The translations under genes were made by a program, and so were the position numbers. Shown piece after piece: positions 20,061 through 33,387 of a DNA stretch of 64,000 bases (position 1 is its first letter; every line of letters starts with the position of its first letter). Source of the stretch: Podarcis filfolensis (taxonomy: Eukaryota); assembly GCA_964270895.1 (NCBI GenBank), contig OZ185450.1, one strand, 5' to 3'. Below the pieces are notes generated by a model, which was not told where the DNA came from, ran no database searches, and saw only the letters and a program-made list of their open reading frames with translations.

Positions 20061-21700
20061 CATGTACACAGCTCAAAGAGTTTACAGGACACACATTCAG
20101 TCTTAAGAACTCTGAGAAGTTGTAAATCATTATAACAGGAAGATAGTGAGCTATGTTTACACATGCCACATGTACAGCACTGAACATATGAGAGAGTCTG
20201 GGATTGTGCCCACTGGCCAAGCAAGAAAGGGCCTTATGCATGCACAGCTCTTACTTGTGTTCAGTCAGGAAACAACCTGACTGCCCAAAGGCTCTTGGCG
20301 TGCATGTAGGAAGAGCCTTTTCTTTCTAATGTTATTTGGGTGAGTCTGGCCATTGGGTGCAATCCAGCTCCTCACTTATATTACTACCAATGCAATTTTT
20401 GATTAAAAAAAAAAATTTCCAGTAACCTTCCACTTTTGCAAGGTGCAAGACCCCTTATGCAGCCTTGAAAGGAAACCCACAAAAGTTACTAGCCTTCAAA
20501 AAATAATAATTGTTCACTATCCTGAGAAGAGACTAATAGCCTGCATTTCCATAGAAAAGGGGAAGCACATTCCTGCCTTCTGAGGCTAGTATGGAAATGT
20601 AGACTAGTGGCTGCTTAGCAGGCTAGTAAAAACATGGCCTTCTAAGCAGACTGGCTGGAACGACCAACTCGCTCACTGGCCTTCAGAGAACTACTTGTCA
20701 CCTATAGCTACCAGGTTCATTGTTAGATAAAAGGCTGCCTTTCATTGTTACATGACACTTGCTTCCATACAGCAACCTGGAGTTGCCACAATGCAGCCCA
20801 GAGATCCTGTTGCGTTTAAACATTAAAGGCGGTGCTCAACTAATTAGCTGTGCATTTGCAAGAATCGCCACTAGTTCAATTAGACTTCCCCTGTCTCTCC
20901 CTCTCTGTCCCAGCATTACCCCTGCATGTCCCCTCTACCCAAATCTGCTATCCAGGGCTAGGGAAAACTCATAATAGATTCAGGACTAGGGAAGAGAGAG
21001 GGAGAATGTTCTGTTGTGCACTGAGAAATCCTAGCATTGATGAAACCAGCAACTTAGTGCTACTTTGGCTATAACCCCCAGGACATAAGAATCTTGCTGG
21101 ATCAGGTCAGTGGCTGATATTGTCCGGCATCCTTTTCCAACAGTGACCAACTAGATGCCTGTGGGAAACCTGATTAACAACAGCACTCTTCCCACTGGTG
21201 ATCCCCAACAACATATTTAGAAGCATACTGTCTTCGACAGTGGAGGTAGAACATAGCTTTTGTGGGGCTAGCAGACATTGATAGCTGTATACTCCATAAA
21301 TTTATCTAATCCTCTTTGGTATCTAATCTCCTCTTTTGACTATATTCCTCACATTGATCCTGCACTGGCCTTTTAGCCCACTCTCCTCTCCTGTCTGGTG
21401 TAATAAGTAGGACTTCAGTTCTATCAACAGTAGGCAGGGAAGGAAGGGGAGCGAAGGGACTGGTGAAAGGTTTGGCATCTCAGCAGCTTTATATCCTTCC
21501 GGTGCATCAGCATGTTTAAGGAGACAAGCAATATTTCTCAAGTGGTTGTCTGGCAGCCGGTGAGAGGAAATGTACTGGTTTATTGTACCTGAGTGCATTT
21601 TTCTTTTTAGGTCATGAATAACTGCATTTTGCGGTTTACATGATCACTTACTGTGTCACTATAAAACTTGCAGCACAAACCTAAACATGTTTACTTGGCA

Positions 21701-21822
21701 CAGTGGTGGGGAACCTGTGGCTGTGCAGATGCTGTTGGACTCTGATTCCCATCCTTCGCCTTGTTGACTGAGGCTAAGGGAAATTGGGGACCAACAACAT
21801 CCAGATGACCACAGGTACCCCA
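21701..21822. mobile_element. Palindromic hAT-type MITE
   Basis: GGGGAACCTGTGG ... CCACAGGTACCCC ends. Confidence 0.65.
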
Positions 21823-24299
21823 TGTGTGTGGTTTGAGAAGTGGAGCTTCAAGTGTGTCTAGGATTGCAGCCTTGATCAGCTTTAACCCAAGTCAAACCTA
21901 GAAAAATTCCACATAAACAAGACATATACAATTCAGGCTGATCTTCTAGAAACTGCCAACCAGGTAATGCAAGCAGTCAGTTTCTCCTGGTGTGTGTCTC
22001 AAATTAAATACACTTCAGATGTTGGTGCACTGCTGAATGCTTGAAGCGGAGTTTTGAGCTGTAAGGCCAACTCGAAGGCAAGTTTCTGCTCTGTAACCAA
22101 CCCTTAGCATTTGTTTTTATCCTCTCTTTCATTTTATTTCTTAACTCCGTTTAGTGCTTCATTTTGTTGTTTTAATTTATTGTTTTATCTCACTGTTTTA
22201 TTGTTCTAAGTCCCCTAAACTGTGAGGCTGCATGAAGCTGCGCTGGGCTGAGCACTTCGCTAGGCAGTGCCAAACGCAAGGTCAAGTCAAAGTTTACAAG
22301 ATACTAGTTATAAATTAAGGAAGAGAAACATCTTGATTATCAGACCTGTTGATGAGCTGCTGTTCCATTTTGATGAACACAGTGGGGAATAGGAGAGGAT
22401 CCCCCCCTCCCTCTCTTTCAGATCATGCTTATAAAGTGTGACTCTAAGCAACATTATAAGGTTATGGTGGTAGGTATTCTGCCTTAAATTAACCTGAAGG
22501 TTGTGATTGTGTATGTGGCGCCAAAGAGACAGCCCCCTCCCCTTACCATTTTGGCTGTGGGAGAAAAGACTGCTGATTGAGGGGTGTCTTTGCTTACTTA
22601 TGATCTGATAGTTTATGCTCCTTTGTTGTTTTATGCGGGTTTATAATCATCTGTTCCCTGGCTGCACAATGTTCAGTGCTAGCAGTGAACCGACATGGTT
22701 GAGATTTTATAACTTTCCAGGTAGCAGAGGTGATAGAAAGAAATCTGTGTACTGAAAGACTGCTGCTTGCTCTTCATTTTGAAACATTGGCATACTGGGA
22801 CCCTGTGTCATCCTGCTATTTCTGGTATCCATTCAGTAGCGGTCCCCCCCGCCCCATGATGTCCCTTTCACCTGCTCTTGCTTGACAGACACACACAATC
22901 TTTTTTGTATGACTTGGCATCTGGTTTTACAAAATGTCAAAACTAAAGTGTAATTCAGTCCTCGGATAAAGCTATGGGCAGTTGTAGAATGCTTGTAAGC
23001 TTTCTGTTTCCTTTGGGATACTGTTTACAGGACAAGCAAGCTGCTATGGTTTATACTGAAGACGCATTTGGATGGATTGGCATGCGACACATCCTTTTGG
23101 GTTTCCCAGAATATACCCCATTTCCCTTCCTTGTTTTATACATGTTCTGCCAGATGAACAATTCTATGTGATCTATAAAACTTTCATTTTAAAATATGGA
23201 ACAGCCTTGGAAATGGGACCACAAATTATCTTGCTAAGAGACTGGTAGCTTGTGTTGGCAATCAGCATAGAAAGGCAGCATCTTAGCAGGCTCGTAAACA
23301 ATGAGTCTTCTCCCGAAAGGATGGATAGAGGAGGGATGAAATGACCTGTCCCTCCTGCACCAACCCACTCAGTCACCTATGTGGAATTTCTGGTCACCTG
23401 CAGATGAGTTGCTAAATAGGAGGCTGGTCCACTACAAAGTAGAGGCTAGTATTGTTCTTTGGAGCTCTAATGTCTCGCAGATTTGGTGCTGTTCAGGACC
23501 CACATGTTTTAATTACTCCCCCAGCCACCACCAAAAGCCTAGCAAGAGCAGTAGTAATGTAATGTCTTTAATTTGTTATCGCTTTGTGAGGTACAAACAA
23601 AGCACTATCTTCTCCAGCAAGGTGTAGACAATATCTATCATTGACCCTGCACAGTGCAAACAAAGCAGCAAAGCAAGCATGAAGGAATCTAGGAAACAGG
23701 GCATGCACACAAAGAAACAAAGAGCAATTCTAAAACAAACAATGCTGTGATTTTATGAAGTAGCAGATAGCCTTTCTAAACCTGCCATCTGCTACTAGAA
23801 AAGGGCAGAATTGAGCCTGAGGCAAAATAGGCTGATGTCGATTTAGTTCCATCAAGGTAGATAGGGGTTTGCAAAGTGATAAAAGCAGAAAAAGTTGGGT
23901 TCCTGTCCATTACTCCAGCCTTCTGGGCTGCACAGTGTTTCCCTACCTTCATTTCTGGGTGAAAGCATTAAACTGCATTCATCCTTCCAGTTCTCCCCAC
24001 CCCTTTTTATTAAAATAATTTGCTAGCTGTCTCCTGTTTTAAGACCTGGAGACTCGTGGGACCTGGTTGCTGGCTAGAGAAGTTTATTGCTCATAAGCAG
24101 AATGGGAACATAGAGAGGGGCTGCTAGCAATGCAATCTAGCATATGGCACAGTCTGACCTACTGCGGTTCTCCCAAGAACTTAACACCAATAGGACCTGT
24201 GCAAGATGCCATTGTGTGAGTAGTTGCTTGAGATCATTGGTGGGGATGCACATTTGAACTTTCGTAAGAGTCCCATTCAGAGCCATATAGTTCATATCC

Positions 24300-24440
24300 C
24301 AGGGTGGGGAACCTGTGGCTCTTCAGATGTCACTGGACTCCTAACTCCCATCAGCCTCTTCAGCCAGAATGATTGGTAGTCAAGGATGATGGGAGTTGTA
24401 GTCCAGCAACATTTGGAGGGCCACAAGTTCCTCACCAATG
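24300..24440. mobile_element. Palindromic hAT-type MITE
   Basis: CAGGGTGGGGAACCTGTGG ... CCACAAGTTCCTCACC ends with the standard palindromic core. Confidence 0.7.
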
Positions 24441-26753
24441 CTGCAACCTCATTCAGGTACATATATCGAGGTGCACACCTGATTTATGCCTACTGCTCCT
24501 GATTCAGCAAGGGATCTGTGAGCATAAATCTGCTTACGCAGATGCACCTCCTTAGGGAGATTGGTTGGTGTGCGTGTGTACAAATATCAGCACATATTTC
24601 TTCCTGCAGGAGCCAGTTCTGTCCTGCTTCTTAATTCTTCCTCTTCCAGAGTCATCTTCCAACCAGCTCAGACTCTTTCTTGTCCGCCTGTTGTCATCTC
24701 TTGCTTGTAGATTCATTCTCCTCCAAAGAACGCTGTCACAGCTATTCTTATCTGTGACCTGTTAAAGTTGAGTAATAAACATAGCCCTGAGGTCAGTGGG
24801 GAGATGGGTTTTTAATAAGGCCTTTAAATGTAATGTATATTCTGGTCAAGGTTTACAGGAGTTTAAGTAAGAATTAATCTGCGATGTTATGTCCCGGGGG
24901 GCGGAGTGGGGTAGGATCCACTGCAGAATATTAGGGCCCATCCATATCTTAGCTCAATGTGGCTTGTGAACCCCTCAAATCCCCTTCAATTCATCCTCAC
25001 CTATATGACATTCTGCTCCTACTGCTGCCACACATTTTGCCCTCTCTCTATCCTTTGAAACGCCGAAAATCCGATTGCATCCCACATTACTCACTCTCAG
25101 GCCAACCTACCCCACAGGGTTGTTGTGAGGATAGAATGGGGAGGAGGAGAACTATGTATGCCATCTTGAGCTCTTTGGAGGAAAGGGAGGGATATAAAAG
25201 CAATAGCATTAAAAAAATTAAATAATCCATAAATACAGATTAAAGATAGAATGGGAGAGACGACAAGAGACTGGTTTGGGGATGTTCATGTGTCCCTGTG
25301 GGTGTTTTACCCAGTAAGAGCTGAGATCTCATAGCACAGAAACAAAGAGAAAGCCAGAATTTTGCTGAGGCAGTCACTGCCAGGGGAAATTTTTCCCAAG
25401 CAGGCTTCAATCGGGGTGGCAGTGGCAGTGGGGGTGGGAGTGGGGGGGGTGGGCATTACTGGAGAGTGATGCCATATCTAGTGGGATATGATTTAAAGGC
25501 TTTAAAATAAGCGTTACACATAATACAACCACTCCTTGTCGATCATAAAAAGTAATGTGCAAGGAAAGATGGATCGCCAGAGCTATAAATCTGTTCCTGT
25601 GTCAGGCTAATAGTAGCTCATGTCAGCCTTGGTGCTGCTAGTGTGGTGGGTGGGGGATTGTTTTGCTTTTAGATATATATATCCATCAAAGCGCTGATGG
25701 ATGACAAGCCTGTCCCCATAACTCATTCTGTGTCCTGGATCCCACCTGACTTTGAAGCCGGTCTTTGCAGGTGTATCTTTTTAGCTCTCCTGTGGGTGTT
25801 TCATCTCTGTGGGGATTTTTGGGTGTCTGTTCTTATGAGGCTCAGAATATTTGGGAAACTTGTGGATCTTGAAAGGTGGGAAAACCATATGCCACCCCCT
25901 CCCACACCTGCTGTATATATATATATAGAGAGAGAGAGAGATAAAGTAATGGTTCAATGTGCTTTAATTGTGCTGCGATTCTGCTGCTGTTTATTTTTGC
26001 TCTGTGTCTCCTGGAAGGTGAGCAGAAGCCTTTATAAAACCCACAGTTCTGCTAAATGCTCCCTCGTGTAAGTAGAAAGCATAAGTCAGTCACTTTGGAG
26101 GTTACAGAGAGTTTCTTGTCCAAAGTAACAATTGACTAAGCCTATTATTTGTGCTGTGTGGTTCTTCACTTTGCATTGTACAAAGTGGGAGTGGCCTGCT
26201 GAGGGTAGGTCCTCATATTTTTGGAAACAGACTTGCCCTGCCTGACCTTTTTTAAACAAGTGTTCAAAACACTTGTTTGAACAGTGGGCTGTTTGTTCTG
26301 ACTCAGCTTGGACCACTTGATGGATCTCGGATCCAGTCTGCAAGCTGCTATTTGACCATCCCTGCTTAAAATCTGCATCCGTATACCTCTTAAAGATACT
26401 ATAACCAACTTTTCCATGATGGTTCTTGGGACTGAGGAGCAGATTTGCATCTATGTTTGGATACAACTGGAGGCCATTTTGAATCAAGATCGTGGGCTCA
26501 GCCTTTCCAAACTGCACTGATTTTTATCCCGGATGTCAAAACCTCACTGATTCTTTTTGTTTGTTTCTTAGAAGTCCCAAACAATACCAGGTAGGAGGTT
26601 GCTAATAGTAGCACAAGAACAAAACACCACCACCAAGCCAGGTTGCTGCCCTACGGGACTTCAAATCTAAAAGTTTTCAACAGACAATAGAACGAGAGTA
26701 AAATAGGATAGGAAAGTATTTCAGCTGGGGGCAGATCTAAATCAGGCAATATA

Positions 26754-27082
26754 CAGTGGTGCCTCGCAAGACGAAATTAATTCGTTCTGCAAGTTTTTTC
26801 GTCTTGCGAAAATCACCAAAGTCTTCAAAAACCTCAAAAAAGGCTACCACACCGCGTGCTATGAGTTGCTCCTCGAAGTCAAGTCGCAACTGCACCTCTT
26901 CAAGCAATGCACCCTGGGTATTAACGGTTTTAAGAAAAAGGAAACAAATTTGCAAGACGTTTTCGTCTTGCGAAGCAAGCCCATAGGGAAATTCGTCTTG
27001 CGAAGCAACTCAAAAAACAAAAAACTCTTTCGTCTTGCGAGTTTTTCGTCTTACGAGGCATTCGTCTTGCGAGGTACCACTG
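26754..27082. mobile_element. Tigger/pogo-like MITE, 329 bp
   Basis: 22-bp TIR CAGTGGT(G/A)CCTCGCAAGACGAA with one mismatch; TA on both flanks; about six internal TTCGTCTTGCGA repeats. Confidence 0.9.
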
Positions 27083-30000
27083 TATTGTGCAAAACAGAAG
27101 GGGATAAGGAAAAATATAACAAAAAACAAATTAGACTGGTGGTGTTGCTTACTTTGTGGCTACATGATCAACTTATTATTTGTACATTTGACTTAAATGA
27201 TTTCTCCTCATGCCCTGCTTGCACGTCTTGTCCAATGAAACATTATGGAGAATGGGACTTAAGTGCCATTTATTTCCGTGCATCTCCTCTAAACATGACT
27301 AAGTTTGGATCCAGCCCATTGTTTCTCATGCTTTGGCAGAGGCCCCAGCCTGAACCCGAACTGGCAAACTTAATTTATTATTTATTTGTTTATTTAATAT
27401 AGTCCGTGGGCCGTCTTTCTGCACGTGCACCCTCTGGCATTTTTGGTAAAACAAATCAGTTAGGAATAGCAGCCAGACAATCAATAAAACCAACACTGAA
27501 AGGGAGCAGCAGGGTGAGCGGCGAGGCAAGTGAATTAAAACGACAAAATGCCTGTGTACATAAAAGCATTTCGACAGCTTCTCTGTAAATGCATCAAGAA
27601 GGTGTCCGCTGGATGTCCTTGGAGAGGGAATCCTGGAGTTGTGGCACCACCGATGAAACAATCCCTTTAAAAAGGAAAGCAGCAAAATCTGTAGCACTGG
27701 GAATGCTGGACTTTAAAATTATCATCGGGGAATGCTAGCTTGTCATTTCTTGCTGGACCTCCCAGCAATTCAGACCTGCCACATTTAATGCGAACTTCTT
27801 TTTCCAGGTATATCCCCTGCCTGCCTGTTGTTTCGGAGGCCTGTAGGGATGAGGAGGTTCAGAGGTACTATCTATACTATCTGTGTGGTCAGGATTTCCA
27901 AGTTTCAGATTTAGTTTCCTTGATGCTGTGTTGTAGTTCAGAACTCATATCCCTTCCTCACCAAATGCTTCTTTTTTACTCTTTGCTAGTCTCCTTTCAC
28001 TAGACTGTGCCAGCAAGAGAGGCTTCTTCCCCTTTACCCTGAATTGTGATGTCTCTCCCCAAACTCTGTGTTTAGCCTAGAAACGGTATTTATATATCGT
28101 CCAGGGTCTAACACTGTATGGTGTAGCTTGTTTCTGTTGTGGGTGTTCAACTTGAGATCCTGAGATTTAGGAGGCCAGATAAAACGTTACGTATAGGTCT
28201 TCTTTTCCCTCTGTCTGGAAAGAGGATTCCAACCCATGCAGTCACCACTGTAAATACTTCCTCTATAGCTTCTTCTACAACTTGTGGGAAAGCATTTTTG
28301 GAATCTGTCCAATTCAGTTTTCATTTGCCCTTAATAGTAGAGTTGGGGACGTTGTTGGAATCCAACTCCCATAATATCCGACTCCTGGCCATGCTTGCTG
28401 GGGCTGACCGGAGCTGGAGTTCAAAAACATCTGGAGGGCCACAGGTTCCCCATTCCTGGCTTACAGTCAGCAAGCATGCCTGAAGATGCTTCCCACCGTC
28501 ACTTGGGAGGTAACATTCAAGGAACTAAACTGCGAGTGGAGAGGAGTGGGAGACCCACACAGGCAGTCCAGTTGTGAAGATACTCCCCTGTGTGGCCTCT
28601 GTGATTTCCATTGATCTAAATGGCGGTTGGGTGGTAGGAAGCCACTGGTTCAAATCTCAGCTCCACCACAAACATAAATTTCTTCACTGTGGGGATAATC
28701 TGAATGCCCTGCTTTGTTATAGGGCATTGTAAGGACTGCCAGTGAGAATCCACTGCATACTTAAGGGAAGTGCTTGTATAAACACCTTGAGCTGCATTGG
28801 ATGGCAATCTGGTGGGTTCTTCCAGAAGATATTTTCCAGAAAGCATCTGAAGCTGTGGTATAAACGGGGAAGCCTGTATGGAGCCCTCAGGATCCCTGCT
28901 TATCTATACTATTATTACAGCTAGACAGTTTTTTGTTTCAGTATCCAAGTTCCTTATTAGCTATCTAGTATTATCTCATTGTCTCATGAAGTGGGAGTGG
29001 GGAGAAGCAAACTGTTCAGTTGTGTGAGGAAAATGAACATGGCAGAACTCAAACTCCCACCACACCCTCTGTATTTCCATGGGTTGGCAGCGCCAGAATC
29101 TGGGCCTATTTAGATCACTGAAACATATGGAGTCTGAAAACAATGTTCCCATTAACCTACTTGAAAAGGCCTGCCATTTTGAAAACTGTCTTCCTGTTGC
29201 ATGGGCTGCAAGCTGCCTTTCTCAATGTTGCTGGAGCCTGGATAGATGGTACTCTTACAACTGCAAGCTGACTTTTTAAAATTATTATTACAGCTTGGGG
29301 ATGATGGTCTTCTGACCTGGTGGGAGTTGCAGCCCAAAACAGCTGGAGGGCACCATGTTTGGGAAATGCTTTCATAGTCAGTATCATAAAAAGTTGTTTT
29401 CTAGTAATGAGTGCAGAGCGAAAAATAAAACGAAAGGTTTCTTGCATCTATGAAATGGGAAGAAGGTGACAGGCAAGATGGGAGAAACTGGGCAACTTGC
29501 TTCGTGAACTGGGAGGCCAGTGGGCAGGGTGGCATGGATAAGATGTGGGCAGATAAGGCAAATAAGAAGGCAAAAAGGAAAGCAGGTGAACAGTGATCAA
29601 AGTGGTGAGAAAACATTATGACCATGGTCAAACCATTCATTTAAAGCACTCATAAAAAGCCTGATATTCGCCCAATAATTCTGGGAACTATAGTTTGTTA
29701 AGCATGCTGAAAGTTGTTAGGGGACCTCCTTATTCCCTTTGTAGAGCTACCAAGAGTCATTCCCTCTTTCCAAGAAACTCTGGGAGTTGTAGCTCTAGGA
29801 GGGGTCTGGAGGGCCTTCTAACAACTCACATCACACTTAACAAACCACACCTCCCAGAATTCTTTGTGGGTAGCCATGATTGTTTAAAGTGGTATCACAG
29901 TGTTTGAAATACATGGTGTGAATGTGACCTGTGTGAGGAATTCTTATCCCAATTTAACTAGTCCTCAGCCAGGGTCATTGTTAGGGGGTTTTCAGCAGGC

Positions 30001-30822
30001 CCCAGATCTCCTGCACCTGTTTTTACACTTTAATAAACCAACAACTGCAAAAATGTTGCTTTTATGGCTACTGCATGTGCTGCAAAACACCATTCTGGTG
30101 AGATGCCAGCCACCCATCATCTTCATTTCCCAGAGGCATATTTACATATAAATTTGTAAATTGTAAATTGTAAATTTGTAAATTGTAAAATGCAAATTTA
30201 TATGTAAATATGCCTTTATGCCAGGTTGTATCACGGAGTGCCCCGAGTCCTTCAATGTATCTTGCAATGCCCATGTCCTCAGCAGTCCCCCCCTCCGTTA
30301 CATAGAGCCCCTCTCTCCTATGTAGCAAGGACTCTGCACATCTTTGATCTGCTAAGTAATACTTCTAGAGCATCTCCTGCTCGAGGCAATGTAAGTGCAC
30401 ACAACTGCATTATGCTCTGTGATGTCGTGGCCATTAAATCTACCTACATTTAAGAGTAATAAGCCACACTGCATAATTAGACCACCAGGTTACATAAGTA
30501 ATACCACCACCCCAAAGCTGAACACTAAGGGTTCAGAAAAACTTCTATTTTGGATTCTTGAAAAGATGGGGAGGGGTGTTTGTGTCCAGCCCTTGGTGGA
30601 CCAGTGTTGTACCATGTTGGATGCTTCCTTAGCTATGGAACTCACTGGGTTACCTATGGCCAGACACTATCTTTCACTGTAATGTAGTTCACAGGATTGT
30701 GAGGATAAGGCAGGGTCACTTCTGTAACCTTTTGGAGGAACATAAGGGTAAGAATCTGACTGACTGACTGACTGATGGGTCACAAATTGTTCAAAGTTAG
30801 ACTTGAGTTGTGCGTGTGAGTG

Positions 30823-30825
<3 letters not shown>

Positions 30826-30864
<39 letters not shown>

Positions 30865-30881
30865 ATCATCATCATCATCCA
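30826..30881. repeat. Compound microsatellite (AC)n-(CAT)n
   Basis: Directly visible. Confidence 0.95.
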
Positions 30882-31725
30882 TACAACAGAGTTGGTGAAC
30901 CCATAACACATGCTAGATGCAGCTATCCAAGGCACTTATCGCCTGCCTGATTCTAGCAAAATCTCCCTATTCAAAGGCACCTCTTCTCCCTCTGCTCTTA
31001 GAACTCCTAGCAATGGTGTCTCCCTAGGGAGAAGAGGACCTTTGCAGAGTAGATGGGGCTTTCCTCTCCATTGCAGCTCTGAGATGGCAGGAACCTGCTT
31101 CTTCTGCTTCATTTTTGCTTTCATCACAGTGCTGAGCTAGGAGAAGGGGGGAAACCCAGTACTGCGCTTAGGTGCAAATGCAGTAGAGAGTGTGGTTTCC
31201 CTTCCCATTTCTGGACTAGGAGGTGAGAAACCTCTCCTCCCAGCCCAGTGCTGCCATGGGGAGGAAACCCTTCCACTCATCTGCTGATTGGCTGTCTAAA
31301 TGTGTGTGTGTGTGCTTGCCTGTCTGTATATATCTTGGCCACACACCCTGCTGGCATCCCATCCTTGGAGGGCTAACTAGCTATGTGAACCTTGGACCAA
31401 AGGTTTAGCCCCACCTGCCATCCAGTATAATTATTTGTACATATAAAACCAGGATGTAAGGGACAAGGGTTATTTCCTGATCTTCCTGAAGAGCTAGTTT
31501 TTAAACATGCAGTTCAAAGTAGCATGGCCCAGGCACAGCCTTGCCTTTTCAGCAAGAACTATACCGAAGAGTGCCTAAAAGACCCACACAACCCCTCTCT
31601 GTTATCTGACTTGGTAGTGTTCCCCAGCTCACTTTGACAAGAAGTCAAACTAGCTGTCACTTTCCAGGAAGTCTCTATGTCTTGACTTTGGCTGTGCTAC
31701 CCCTGAACTTTTTCCACCATTCTAG

Positions 31726-31923
31726 GTTTAACTGGAGTGGCCTGGTCCCCATGCGCTTGCGGGGCAGGATCCATGGCTTGCAGGCCAGGAACTCTAAGTT
31801 CTTGCTGGAGGGCAAGGAGTTTCGCATCTTTGGAGGCTCAATGCACTATTTCCGCATCCCCCGTGAATACTGGAAAGACCGCTTGATTAAGATGAAGGCC
31901 TGTGGCTTGAACACCCTCACAAC
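31726..31923 (+). CDS. GLB1L2: GLB1L2 exon 2 (FNWSGLVPMRLRGRIHGLQARNSKFLLEGKEFRIFGGSMHYFRIPREYWKDRLIKMKACGLNTLTT)
   Basis: TAG acceptor 31724-31725; GTAAGT donor at 31924; GH35 motif GGSxHYFRxP. Confidence 0.96.
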
Positions 31924-33318
31924 GTAAGTGCTGCCCTTGCTGCAGGCTCAGTCCAGTTTGTAGCTGCTGACTTCATGGGAACATGATAGGAAGCTGCCTT
32001 AACACAGAGTCGGAGCATCTAGCTTTGTGGCATCTCTCTACACCAGAGATGAATTACCTCCCCCACTTTTGAGGGTCACATTCCCACTGGCATAGACTTT
32101 TGAAGGCCGTGTACCCAAAATATGTGAGGCCACATATCTTCCTGCTGCTCCCTTTCTCCCTCCTGCCACCCTTCACCCCTTTTTTTCCTTTCCATGCCAC
32201 CCACATGAAATTGTACCAATATCTACACTGGCAGTGGCTCTCCAAGGCTTAAGACAAGCAGTTCTCCCAGGCCTACCTGTAGATTCTGGGATTGAACCTG
32301 GGGCCTTTTTGCATGCAAAACATGTGCTCTGCCGCTGAGCTACAGCCCTTCCCTTAAATTTTCTTCTCTAAATTGGGGACACTGAACTCTGGGGGCGTGT
32401 ATTCTCACACAAGCCAACCACCTTCACCAAAAGGCAGGCTTTGTGATAAAGCTGGAAAAGGAAAGGAAGGAAGATTCCAGTGCACAAAAAGAAGAGAAAG
32501 ACAGAAGACCTCAAAGAGGGGATGCTTAAGCAATCCAATCTATGTGAATTCCAAAACAAAACAGTTCATAGTTTTTTTACTGATCAGAGATGAGCTGCCC
32601 ATTGGAGTTTGTACTTCTCCAAATGTTGTGATGCTGTTCTTGGATATTATACCAAAAGTATGTATTTAAACAGTTATTCTGAAAGAAATGTGCCTACAAA
32701 TATGTACTAAATACATATTTAGAGAGGATTCAAAAAATATCAACAGATTAATGCAAAAATACTACAGTTATGGGTAAAAATCTGCAACACGGAGTAGAAA
32801 TGGATAGATTCACCCATCATTCTTCAGTTATAAATATTATTTGCCTGTTAAGCCTTCCTTGGGAACAACTGATTTATAAACTTTGGGCTAATAAGTCATT
32901 CTGTGTGTACCTTTTGACGTCTCCCTTGTCTTAATTTCCAAACTAAAAGTTGATGGCACCTGGTGTTAAGGACTTCTTCGAGTGGGTTGCATGTATATTG
33001 CATACAAAATTCATAGGAGAGTAATGTTTATGTTTCTTACAACTTGATCACTGTTTTTCTTTTCCAAAAGAGCAAAACTGTTGGCAAACTTTTTACCATA
33101 CTTCATCATCATCATCATTATTATTATTATTATTTTGCAAAGCCTCCAGCAGCCAGATAAAATTGCTTTGGGGGCCCCAATCCGCCTCACACACCATCAG
33201 CTGGCTATTGTTGCTCTAAAAGATTTATGGGATGTGAAGTGGGGATAGTCAGCTGATTTCCTTGCTTGACCCCTGAAACCAGCGTTGAAACGGGCAGCTA
33301 ATTCATTCTGTCTTTCAG

Positions 33319-33387
33319 GTATGTCCCATGGAATCTTCACGAGGAAGTAAGAGGGAAATTTGACTTCCGCGGAAACCTGGATCTGAG
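33319..33387 (+). CDS. GLB1L2: GLB1L2 exon 3 ([23 protein letters not shown])
   Basis: CAG acceptor 33317-33318; GTACCT donor at 33388; YVPWNLHE motif. Confidence 0.95.

Noticed and set aside
26756-27402. ORFs of 76-178 aa as a possible transposase
   Set aside because: They run through a 329-bp MITE made of short repeats and show no DDE/D or HTH motif.
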